A DNA stretch of 58,567 nucleotides, the filler included, from Bipalium vagum (lineage: Eukaryota), in assembly GCA_037834085.1 (NCBI GenBank). It is 3 parts of 3 records of this genome, joined end to end, with 100 filler letters (N's around TTAATTAATTAA, not from the genome) between each part and the next. Parts side by side here need not be neighbours in the genome. Positions count along the whole stretch, not along the records: positions 17,620 to 36,208 come from JBBMKC010024738.1; positions 36,309 to 58,567 come from JBBMKC010224558.1; 1 more part is not named here. The stretch is one strand, 5' to 3'. Positions 25,328-37,100 of the stretch are shown piece after piece (the stretch's first letter is position 1; each line of letters opens with the position of its first letter). Both the position numbers and the translations under genes were made by a program. The notes beneath the pieces are model-generated. The model had not been told where the DNA came from and ran no database searches. It worked only from the letters and a program-made list of their open reading frames with translations.

Positions 25328-28300
25328 ATGAACATAGTGAAAACGAAAGAGCATGTTCCTGTCTGTACTAATGACTTGTATAAGTATGCTGAAAAAAATA
25401 TGAAACCTAACTTTTGGGCTTATTTCAAACACGGGGCAACAAACGAAATAACGTTAGCAGAAAATGAAAAGGCTTTTAAAAGGTTTCAATAATTTTGCTC
25501 TTGCCTTTTCACTTTTTTCTTCAGATTTCTTTTTCTGCCCAGAATGCTTCGAGATGTCAGTAAAAGAAGCATAAAGTCAAGTTTATTAAAAAGTGAAATT
25601 GAACATCCATTTGGTTTTTCTCCTACTGCATGTCATAAACTTGCTCATGAAGATGGAGAGCTTGCCACTGCAAAAGGTATATAATAAAATAAAATATCTA
25701 CCAGTACTAGTATTAGCGTATACACTTATTTTAAAGTAATAATATTTAAATCAAACAGTTTTCTAATAACACTTAAAATATAATTAAAGCTGCTGCTCAG
25801 ACTGGAACTCCGATGATCCTAAGTATATTATCTAATGTTCAACTTGAAGATGTGGCAGCATGTTACCTGAATCATTACTGTGATAAAAAGATTGCTCCAT
25901 TGTGGCTTCAGCTTGTTGTAGTGAAAGACCGAGAAGTAGTTAAGGATCAAATCAAAAGAGCAGAATTAAGTGGATTCACTGCTATTGTTGTTACAATTGA
26001 TATGCCTTATATTGGATTACGATATGAACATATGAGACACAGTTTAGTCTTGCCAGAAGGAATACAGTAAAGCTTGTTCTTGAACTATTTGTTTTACATT
26101 TTTATTTAAGGTATGCCAATATTATGAAATATACTCACATATATGAGAAAAAGGATTCATTTATCACTAATATATCCGAACCCTTTGACCATGCTCTAAC
26201 TTATTCTACTATGATGAATTTTCTAAAATCTGTTACATCTTTACCGATAATTTTAAAAGGAATTCTTACTGTAGAAGATGCCAAAATTGCAGTTAGCCAT
26301 GGTGTTGATGGAATTATTGTTTCCAATCACGGAGGAAGGCAGATGGATTCTGTTCCTGTAAGTCATCCTGAAGTGGTTTTTGTCTTAATATTTATAATAA
26401 AATTATTATTATTATAAATATTATGATTGTAATTTTATAGAATGATTTCCAAGTATGAAATAAATTTGGTTTTTATAAATATAATTTTATATATATAATT
26501 TTTGTTTTCCTAATGAAATTTCTTTCTTACTGAACTAAATGTGCAACAATTTCATATTTTTGAGAATGTCTTAGTCAAGGTTTAGAATTATCAGTATTTA
26601 TCTAAGGTTCCAATGTAAAATGTTAGCGTATTATAACTTTGTAAATAATAAGTTTATGTGAATGATTGATTACGTAGATAACAGAATGACTTTATTTATT
26701 TTTAAATATTTATACTATTAGACAAAATTTTTAATATTCTGAGGTTTTTCATTTTACCATTTTTTTGATTTTTCTTATCATTTTAAATCCTATTTACACC
26801 AAAGGAATAATTATCTTATTTCAATAAACATTGAAAATAATATTTCAGCAACATAATATGTTGTTTAGTTTAGCATATTAAATTTTTAGTCCACTTTGGA
26901 AAGCTTAATCAAGATCGCTCCTCATATTCCTCCAAATGTTGGACTATATATGGATGGTGGAGTCAGAAGTGGAATGGATGTATTAAAAGCTTTGGCGTTG
27001 GGTGCTAAAACAGTTTTCATTGGTCGACCAGTTCTATGGGCTCTTTCATACGAAGTACTTGTATAATATAAAAAATAAACAACGTATAACATATATTATT
27101 ATTTTATTATATTTAATATTTATGTATTTCCTCTTTATTTTCAATAATTTTATTATTATTGGCTATAATTCTGTTAAAAAAGTTTTTAAATATTGCTAAG
27201 TTAACAGATGAAGCACTTGTATTAAATACTTGCTTAAATTCTGACAAAAATAAATCATTAAATATTATTATTAATCTCGACATTGGCGCCTTCATTAAAT
27301 TGGTTAGGTTCTTATCCTACTGAACCTTCACTAAACATACGAGAAATGATCCCTATGTAATCATGATTATCACAATATTTAAGATGGTTAAAAGAATTAT
27401 CCAACTGTCAAGATCTATCCGATGCAACTATAAGCAACAAAAATTAGTTCGTAAACACTAAAAACGAGTTTGGTGAACAATGGTATGTACATATTTCGAA
27501 GAATCTATATATGTCAGGATAAATACAAATTGGAATGATTGATTTTAATTTTACATTCGGAATTTTCCACTTTAATGCGGGAATTTGCGCAATCAATTAC
27601 TTTAAGTTTTGACATGTTTTAATAAAATTAGTGTTAGTAGTAACAGAAAGAAAATGTTTAAGATTCCATTACTACATTAAATATATTTATAAAGATCATC
27701 ATTTACTTTATTTTTTATTTTTTAGGGCACCCAAGGAGTAATTAAACTAATCAATATCTTAAGAAATGAACTGGATTTAAGTTTAGCTTTGTGTGGTGAG
27801 ACTTTTATTAATTTTAATTAAGTGCATGTAAAATAAAAAATTATATTATTATAAAATTATAAAAATAATAAAAAATTAACTGAAGTTGAAAATAAGTCAG
27901 ACTTTCAAAAATTTCTCATAAAATAAAGAAAAAACGAATAATTCACTTTTAATAGAAAAATTGGTAATTTTAATAAATTTATATTTTATAAATTGAAATT
28001 TTCAAAAGAAAGAAAAATAAAACTTGAAAATGAAAGAGAAGTTTTAAAAAGTTAGAGCACTGCAAGAATTCACTTTTGATTGCTTAATTATCAAATTTAT
28101 TTATCTTGTCCTTTAAATATTATATAAATATTGCGTTAATTAAATATTTTATAAAATATTTACGTTTAAAATTTTGATGAATTCAGAAGTTGAACAGCCT
28201 TTTATTAAATTTTTGTCTAATTAAATAATAAATTACAAAGAATTAATAAATAAAAAACAATATAAAAGAAAATGAACATTTCCACTTATTAAATTTACAC

Positions 28301-28828
28301 AAGATAGGAAGCCTAGTTCAAAAAATAAATATTGCGAATATTAAGCAGGGTTAGAATTTTTTAATTTTTATAATCTATCTCGTTATTTAAAATTAACTAA
28401 ACTTAGATTATTTTAAATTTTAAAGATTTGTTTTATTAAATTCTAAAATTTTATTTTATAACATATTTGTTTTATTTGTTTGAATAATAAATTATTTTAT
28501 TGAATAAAAAATTTCTATTTAAATAACATTATATTTTGGTTCGTTTTTAAAGCAAATAATTTTTTTTCAAAAATTCCTCATCTTTTTATTGCCGCTAATA
28601 AATATATAAACATAATAATATAATATATAAATACTGATACGAAACACGTTTTTATTTATTTTAAAATTTTATATTTTATTGTAAATAATTTTTAAATGAA
28701 TATAATTTCAGTTTTTTTGTAATTCTAAAGAAAACGAATTATATATATTTCTTAATCATTTAGGTATTTCCGACGTAAAGGATGTAACCAAAGATTTAGT
28801 GGTCCGGAAAAAAGATTATCATTGCTAA
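25328..28828 (+). CDS. HAO: FMN-dependent 2-hydroxyacid oxidase (HAO/glycolate oxidase family), about 7 exons
   Basis: FLPRMLRDVS, SPTACHKLAHEDGE, AIVVTIDMP, LPIILKGIL, IIVSNHGGRQMD, DGGVRSGMDVLKALALGA, IGRPVLW; stop at 28826-28828. Confidence 0.95.
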
Positions 28829-31800
28829 TTTTTATCAAACATTGACAAATTATACAAATCTTTGCAATTCATTAAATTGCTTGACAGAAATCTGAAAACA
28901 TTTAATTGAGTTTTGTCTAATGTATAATTTTCTGATTTTTTGTATTAGATAAAAAGTAATAACGTTCTAAATTTCTAATTGGAATGTTCAACCATAATAT
29001 CAAATAATTTGAATTGTGAAGAAAATTTTTTTAATGAGAATTAATAGAAAAATATTGATTTTTTATATTTTCGTACTGCATATTATGATCGTATTTTTCA
29101 AAAAGTTAAAATATTTTTAATAACTAGTAGAAACTAATTTATTGTCTGAGAGAGAAAATCTTTAAAAACTTTTTAAGATATGCAATATATGTAATAAAAA
29201 TAAAGTATAAATAATTAGATATAATTAAGATGCCAAAGATCTTTGATTTGTTTAAGTAAATTATTTGTTACCTATTTAGTTTTAGTATCTCTGATATAAT
29301 CATTATTTTCAGAAATTTATATATATATTTTAAGTTTTAAATTTAATCTATTAAATTTAAAAAAAACTTAGATGGAAACAAATGTTATTAAAAATTAAGA
29401 AAATAAAATTTTCATTAAATCTTTTAATTTTTTTTCTTATGTTTACCTTTTTATTTTTCTAGTAGGTCCTCTCTTTTTTTATACTTCTTTGATAGTGTAT
29501 TTTATGGATATTGAATTAATTTTTTCTTTTTAATAATTAATATGAAAAATTATTTTTATTAAATTAAAAATAAAATTTTTTTATTTTAATAAGGTTTATA
29601 ATAGTAATAATAATCAGAAGTACTTGATAAGTCTAAGTAAATTTCTTCTTTGCATGACCGGATCAAATGTAACCCGTCTATCACTCACGAGCTAACCTCC
29701 CTATTAAACATTATTGAATCATTTTCCCAAAATCAAAAACTTTTTTAAAAATCAATTTCTTAGCCAATCTCCAATTGCAAAAGAAATTTATTAAAGTCGA
29801 GTTTTTATCGTTTCAAGTTATTTAATATCAAATCAATACTAGAATGAAAATAAAAATATAGAATATAAATCTTGAAATTCTAATAAACATATCTATGGAT
29901 TTATTAAAATATTTACAATAATTTGAACAAGTTCTATTATTTTTACATTTTAATATTTATTAAAAGATAAGTTCAATTTTTAAATTGAAGTCTTAAACCT
30001 TTTGATTAAAACTTACTTTTATTATAATCAAATTCAGTTTCTCTAAAAGCAATAAAAATATAAATTGAATTGTTAAAAACATAAAATAACTGTAAAGTTT
30101 AGGTTATTCCTTACCTTAAATTTCTTTCTTCACAATGTCTGGATGAAAAATTTATAATTATAGTTTTTCATCTTTAGTTTTTTAAAACTTTAATTCTGAT
30201 TATGGATATAAAGTTAATTCTGGAATAAAGTTTTTAAAAAATTATTTTATTTTAGCATATACCTTTTTTCTATAAAATATTTCTTTATCAATATCTATTC
30301 TTCATGCAAATGTTATTTCTCCTTGCTTATTATAATTAATTCTATAAAACTGTATTATTTTAATTACTAATTTATAAAACAAAAAACCAAAAAATTAATT
30401 TTAAATGAAAACATCGACAAATTTATTATTTGTATTATTTATTATTTATTTTCATGTATCAAAATCTTTATTACAATTCTTCTTACTATGTTTCTCTGAA
30501 GTCTTTATTTTCATCTCTTATTTTATCTTGGAATCCATGCAAATATTTCTCTACTATTATTTTCATTATAAAATAATACAAAATTTGTTAGAGTTTTAAG
30601 TTCCTAAATGTTTAATTCTTTTTACTAGCCTTACACCTGATTTCAAAACAAATGAATATGAAATCGATTTAGAAAAAAATAATTTTGTAAAGTTACATGT
30701 TTATCTACCTTTATATCTACTATTTGAATTTCAAAAAGTATTAATGCTTCTAATAATCCTTAAGCCTTTTCTGTTTGTAATAAAGAAAAGTTAGATTTCC
30801 GTTTTTATTTAAGTTCATTACTGTTGTTAGGCTCAAAGAAATTAATAAATAATCAAACGTTTTTGTTAGTAAATCTTAATGATAATTATTTTTGTAAAAA
30901 TTAAATTGTACCCATTTTCTTCATAAAGTAAAATATATTCACGCAAGACTCAAGTGAAAGTTTTCACGAAACAAAGTTCAGCTTTCACAAGATGAATTCG
31001 AATTAAAAAAATTAATTAAATATTTTTAGTTTTATAAATAATATAATTTAATAATTTTAAATATATATAGGAATTAAATATATTTTTTAATTTTAAATGA
31101 TGCATTGAATTTCCATGGTTTGATAAAATTTATTCGAATATTTAAAAAATTTATTTTCCGAGAAAATAAATTAAAAACTTTTAAGACTTATGGAATTAAA
31201 ACAAAAGGACGTTAATAGAAATAATTAAACATTTTTTCATTTTATATAAGGAATTTTAATTTTAAATATAACTGTCTTTATGAAGTTTTTTACTCACATT
31301 ATATCTCGATCATTTGATTCAGTTGATATATATTCATATTATTTTTAAATTCATCATTATAAATTGTATTGAAGCATTGGAGCAATGTTTTGGTTCTCTA
31401 TCATTCTCTAATTCATTATAGTCATTCAATTTATGTCATTGTACATCGAGTTGGATTTATATGAAATTCATCTGGAAATGTTCCCATTTAATAAAATTAT
31501 TATTTTTTGAAAAAAAATTGGAAATAAAAAAATTCCACCAAAAATTAAGAATATTTTTATTTTATATTTTTAGGGATTTTACATCAGTATTTTTATTAAT
31601 ATTTTTAAAATTTTTATTCGAAACTAGTATTTTTTAAAAATAAGTTTATTATTTTTCTTGTTTTGTTTTAATTCTTGTGAAATATATTTAATTTAAAATG
31701 TAATGAAAATAAAAATTTAAAATTCGGGAAATACAAATTCTTGTCAATAATATTAAATAAATTTACTAAATTATCAAAAATATTTTTAAAACAATGACGA

Positions 31801-32503
31801 CAATTTATATTATTATTATACTAGCATAAAATAAATAAACCGTAAGTTAACATCAATTAAAATAAATAAACAATAAAATTAAATCAGTAAGGATAAAGTT
31901 AATAAACAATTAATTTGATATAGAGAATTTGATAAATGTGTTTTTTAGATATTTATCAAAACCTAGAAATTATACATTTTTATTTAATATTTATAATTTA
32001 AAAGAAATTAATAAAAAATTAAAACAAAAATATTTATAAGATGAAATTATTATTAAAATTTTTAATTTATGTTTATCATGTGTTTAAATGAGATCTGATC
32101 AAAATAAATAAAATGATAATCAAATTTTTTAAAATAAAGTTAAAATAATTTAAAGTTCATACATCATTTTAATCTCAAATTAATATTAAATTTATTAAAA
32201 ATACAGTACAACCGTAACTGTCCATTTAATTACTATTTTCTTTCCACAATATTTTTATTATTAATTTTTAAATTAAAATTTTTTGGACATTTTTCAGAAT
32301 TTTTTTAAAATTATACATAAAAATCCGGTATTTATAAAAAATAAAATAAAGACATTTTTAGTTAAATTTTAAATTCTTTTATTAATAAAAATTGAAAGAT
32401 TATTTTGACATATTTTATTTACTTAAATTTTTATATAAATTTCAATTGATTTATTATTAATTTGATCAATATATTACGTTCAAAAGATAAACACTGAATT
32501 TTT

Positions 32504-35500
32504 ATGAAAAATCCGAATAATTCACTGAAAAATGCAAATTGGATTCATGAATTAATAAAAGAGGCTGTTAAGTACAGCATTTTCAATTCGAAATTGATAG
32601 AAGAATATTACCTTGAATTGTCCATACCGTACGTGAAGAAAGTTTTTAGAGCCAACCTTTTGATATTAATATCATACTTGTATTTATCTCTTTATTACAC
32701 GTCTAAATATGGCCCAAATAGAGAATATACCATAATGGGCCAAATGTTGTCTTTATTTATATTACTGACATGTTTTGTCTCTACAATGATTATAGAAACT
32801 CATCTTAACCATGTACGAATATCCTTGATTTCCCTTTTAACAATTGTTCTATCGAATATATTATACTCATACGATATCAGAAGTCCCATGGAAATTTGTT
32901 ATAGCCCAGTCCTCCAAATTCTTATTTTGGTCTTTACTTTTATTCCATTGAACTTTTCAGCTGCGGTTTCAATATCTTTATTAACAATATGCTTTCTTAT
33001 TTTAGCAACAATGCTTCGAATTTCTATTCTCCAAATCTCAGAGAAGTTACATGTAGAAGAGAATAATACTATTCTTCAAACATTATCATCAAATCCTATA
33101 TTGCCGGATAATTTTGATATGGTATGTTATGTGGAAGGACAAATTCTTCTTTGGATTTCAGCATATTTGAGCTCACTGTATATGTTCATCTGTAATCGTT
33201 TGTGGAGACAGTCTGCATTTGTTACACTTGGTGAAAATGTACAAGATAAAAGAAAATCGAAACTTGCTATGAAAGGACAATTAAGGTGGATAGAAGCTAT
33301 CATGCCCACAGTAGTTAAAGACGAATATTGGGCGCACAATAAGTATAGAAAAACTGATAACTGGCTTTATATTAAATCACTTGAAAATGTCAGTATTCTG
33401 TTTGCTGACATTGTGGGGTTCACAAATATGAGCTCCAACAAAACAGCGCCTCAAGTTGTAACTCTTCTTAACGATCTTTTTAACAGATTCGATGAACTGT
33501 GTAACATTACCAATTGTGAGAAGTTAGGAACCTTAGGTGACTGTTATTACTGTGTTGCAGGATGTCCAATTCCCAGACCTGACCATGCTGTCTCGTGTAT
33601 TGAGATGGGCTTAGGCATGTGTAGAATCATTAAACAGTTTAATCAGGATCACAAAGAAGATGTTAATATGAGAGTTGGTATTCATACTGGCCGCGTAAAT
33701 GCGGCCATTATCGGCAAACAACGATTCAGATTTGATGTATACTCGAATGATGTTATTGTAGCAAATACAATTGAGTCTACAGGAAAACCTGGACAAGTTC
33801 ATATATCAGAGTTTGTGTACGAGCTGGTTCCAAATATTTATAACGTAGAACGCGGAGAAGATTTAGAAATAAAAAGAGAGGAAGATCACGGTATTGCTGG
33901 AATGATTCTTAAGCCGTTTTTCATTAAAACTTATTTTGTGGATCCTAATTCCTCACATTTGAAGAAAAGAGAAGAAAAATTTGGTAAAAAGGGAGATCTA
34001 CAGGTTTTAGATGCGAATCCAGATTATAAAAATTCTGATACAGATGTAGATTTTGGAAGTGACAAAGATGAATCGATGGATATGTATCATAATCGACCGA
34101 GTTTTAATAAAAGAACCTATATGGCCAAAATTGACGAAGAAGTTGCTTTTATCGAAACATTGCGTTGTGATCCGGATCAACAAATTGGCTGTTTCTATAA
34201 ACCCCCCATCAATAGTATAACCCTTACATTTTATGATCCGGAGGTTGAATGGCATTATCAGAATCATACTATCGATCACATTCAACAATTGTCTTTATTT
34301 TCCTCAAAATTGTCTCCAATAGTTGAATGTATAATGTCTTTGATATGTACGTCCATTATTTGTTCTGCTGCTGTTTTGTTTTTCCAAATGGAACTCCAAA
34401 GCATTAAGAACATAAAAACGATTTTGGCACTTTATGGTTTGTCGATTTCTTTGACTGTGATTGAGTTTTGGAAGTCTTCCGTTTATAAAAGTTTTCTAAT
34501 TGTCAAAAGCGAGAAATTCCTATATTCTTTGCTCTCTAATCAGATATATAGGACATTCACGTGTATTTATATGACAATTTCTCCGAACATATTGTGTTTT
34601 ATAATGATCTACGACTGCCACCGGTATAGCAATGATTATTATTTCCAAGCCAGATATTTTAGTCTAAATTTGTTCTCAATGATAAATAGTTGTCTTTTTA
34701 TTTCCGCAAAATCTTGGATAAAGATCTTTGCTTTAAGTTTGAACTTTGCACAGTCTATTGTCTTTGGATATTTTATCATTTGTGATTTCGACAAAAAGGA
34801 ACCCTTGGCAAATTATTATACTTGTACGGGTTACATGGGTATAAGCATAAAATATTTTAATGACCTGGTGAAAAGAGATTATTTTTATCAATATTTATTT
34901 ACTTTTATTATCTCAATAGGGCTAATCAGAGAAAGAGAACGAAATCTAAGAATTTGGTTCTACGTTTCCAGGGAAGCCGAAATCGGACGCGAGGAGGCTC
35001 TGAGAGCTATGCACAGCTCTCAAGAGCTACTTTATAATATTATTCCTAAATATGTTTTCGAATATATCAAACATAGGGGATCAGAAAATCTGGAATGTGC
35101 GAATTTCAATTATGCTGTTGCAATACCGAAAGCAGCTGTGGTTTTTGGATGTATTAGCAACTTCTTCTCAAAGTACTACAGAGAGGATTATAAAGGTGGT
35201 GAAAATGCAATACGGCTATTACATAATATAATAACAAAATTTGACGAAATTCTCTCAAATGTAGAATACAAAGATATTGAGAAAATAAAAACTATAAATG
35301 ATTGCTATATGTTAGCATCAGGTCTTAATATGGCAGAAGTAGAACTTAATCAAAACAAGCACGACCATTTAAAAGCTTTAATGAATTATGCTTTCCATAT
35401 GAGAAAAATTCTTGATAACTTTAATGAATATTATATAATAGGTACTGATAAGTTTGAGATTAAAATTGGATATAATATTGGACCTGTGACAGCGGGAATT

Positions 35501-35713
35501 ATTGGATCAACTAAACCTATGTATGATATATGGGGAGATACAGTTAATGTAGCAAGTCGAATGTACTCCACTGGCAAACCCGGAGAAATTCAAGTTCCAC
35601 ATTATGTCCTTAACGATTTGAAAAATTATTTTTTATTCAAGTACCGAGGTAAAATGTTTGTTAAGGGTAAGGGTGATATGAACACATATTTATGTATTCA
35701 ACAGAAAATTTAA
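32504..35713 (+). CDS. ADCY9: Transmembrane adenylate cyclase, type 9-like, single exon
   Basis: 1069 aa; two TM clusters; C1 VSILFADIVGFTNMSSNK...EKLGTLGDCYYCVAGCP; C2 YYREDYKGGE, IEKIKTI, YDIWGDTVNVASRMYSTG, VKGKGDMNTY. Confidence 0.93.
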   Translation: MKNPNNSLKNANWIHELIKEAVKYSIFNSKLIEEYYLELSIPYVKKVFRANLLILISYLYLSLYYTSKYGPNREYTIMGQMLSLFILLTCFVSTMIIETHLNHVRISLISLLTIVLSNILYSYDIRSPMEICYSPVLQILILVFTFIPLNFSAAVSISLLTICFLILATMLRISILQISEKLHVEENNTILQTLSSNPILPDNFDMVCYVEGQILLWISAYLSSLYMFICNRLWRQSAFVTLGENVQDKRKSKLAMKGQLRWIEAIMPTVVKDEYWAHNKYRKTDNWLYIKSLENVSILFADIVGFTNMSSNKTAPQVVTLLNDLFNRFDELCNITNCEKLGTLGDCYYCVAGCPIPRPDHAVSCIEMGLGMCRIIKQFNQDHKEDVNMRVGIHTGRVNAAIIGKQRFRFDVYSNDVIVANTIESTGKPGQVHISEFVYELVPNIYNVERGEDLEIKREEDHGIAGMILKPFFIKTYFVDPNSSHLKKREEKFGKKGDLQVLDANPDYKNSDTDVDFGSDKDESMDMYHNRPSFNKRTYMAKIDEEVAFIETLRCDPDQQIGCFYKPPINSITLTFYDPEVEWHYQNHTIDHIQQLSLFSSKLSPIVECIMSLICTSIICSAAVLFFQMELQSIKNIKTILALYGLSISLTVIEFWKSSVYKSFLIVKSEKFLYSLLSNQIYRTFTCIYMTISPNILCFIMIYDCHRYSNDYYFQARYFSLNLFSMINSCLFISAKSWIKIFALSLNFAQSIVFGYFIICDFDKKEPLANYYTCTGYMGISIKYFNDLVKRDYFYQYLFTFIISIGLIRERERNLRIWFYVSREAEIGREEALRAMHSSQELLYNIIPKYVFEYIKHRGSENLECANFNYAVAIPKAAVVFGCISNFFSKYYREDYKGGENAIRLLHNIITKFDEILSNVEYKDIEKIKTINDCYMLASGLNMAEVELNQNKHDHLKALMNYAFHMRKILDNFNEYYIIGTDKFEIKIGYNIGPVTAGIIGSTKPMYDIWGDTVNVASRMYSTGKPGEIQVPHYVLNDLKNYFLFKYRGKMFVKGKGDMNTYLCIQQKI

Positions 35714-36208
35714 ATATAATGTTTAGATTTAAGTGGCTGGTTTTTTGTTCTTTTTTTAAATTATGGAACAATTAAATAAGAGAAAAATTATTAAAATAAT
35801 GTGGTAAATTGTCTAAACTAAAAATACTGAGGAAGCAATCCTTTTGGTGTAAATTAAGTTTTAACAAATCAGGAGAATATTCAGTAAATTGGATTTATTA
35901 TTCAATTCAGGGTTATTCAATTAAATGTCTATTTTTTACAAATTTTTAGAAAAATATATATTGAAATATATATAAAAAAAATAATACAATTTTTAAATAA
36001 AAATTTGTTTTTGACGAGCCTTTTCCACCATTTAAGTATAGAAACCGCTACATTGAGAACTATAATCATTACTCGAAAGTAAAGTCTCCAAAACTTGTTC
36101 TACAGGGTGCGCCACTTAAATCTGGAAAATAATCAGTAAAACAAAAGCCGAATATATTTTAGTAATGATCAAGCAAATTATAAAATTTATTTATAGGTTT
36201 CAAAATTT

Positions 36209-36308
36209 NNNNNNNNNNNNNNNNNNNNNNNNNNNNNNNNNNNNNNNNNNNNTTAATTAATTAANNNNNNNNNNNNNNNNNNNNNNNNNNNNNNNNNNNN
36301 NNNNNNNN
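36209..36308. other. Assembly gap with TTAATTAATTAA spacer
   Basis: Same 100-bp structure as at 17520. Confidence 0.98.
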
Positions 36309-37100
36309 GAGCTCCGCCTTGTTGAAATATATTCTCTGCATCATATATTTGGAGCAATCCTCTCTTCAATACATCCTTGTAGGCACCAGAATTCATCCGA
36401 TCCGGACACCTTATCAGAACTCTGGTGCCATCTTCTTTAATTGCACTCCAAACCATGATACTATTACCTCCGAATTTCACCGTTTTTTGGTATATTTTGG
36501 ACTATATCTTGATCCTTGCGGTCTGCGGACGTATTGTCTTCTTCTAGAGATCAGTTCTATGCGACTTTCATCAGAAAAATTACCTCATTCGAAAAAGAAG
36601 GAAGCAGTTTGCTATAATCTCTACACCAATTTAAACGATTTTTTATATGTCGCTCGTTTAAATATGGTTTCTTTGCTGCAATTCGTCCCGATAAGCCGTA
36701 CTTTCTCAGAATGCGCTTCTCAGTACTAAGTGAGTTAGCTTGGCTTGTTTTCCAATTGATAAAAAGATCACGTGCTCTTTTCTGAGGATTTTTCTTTGAC
36801 ATCCGAATAAGTGATCTTTCTGATCTTTGTATTTTTCGGTCTCCGACCACTTTTACTTAAGTTTCTCAATGTTCCATGTTGTTGCAGCTTCCGTATCATA
36901 TGTTGAATAGCATTCCTTGAAATATTGAATTCATTTGAAATTTTCCTCTGGGACAAACCCTCTTTCAATTTCTTAATCACCAGTTTCCGAATATCTATGG
37001 ATATCTTAGCCATATTTAACAAAAGAATTTCTAAAATTAAAAAAATATATTTCTTAAGCATTAGCAAATTTAAGACGCCGGTAATAATAAAAGGTAAGGA
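36309..37100 (-). mobile_element. Tc1 transposase, frameshifted, truncated at the gap
   Basis: MAKISIDIRKLVI..GLSQRKIS..SGRRPK; GRIAAKKPYL..RLNWCR..VIFxDE; KFGGNSIMVWSAI..FQQ. Confidence 0.92.

Noticed and set aside
28830-32500. Short ORFs in AT-rich intergenic DNA (e.g. 30405-30599) and similar ones in BRSK introns
   Set aside because: Low-complexity F/I/L/K/N-rich frames expected by chance at this AT content
36101-36208. ta|cagggtgcg possible Tc1/mariner terminus (similar at about 58493)
   Set aside because: Partner end lies in a gap or beyond the window, so it cannot be supported as a feature
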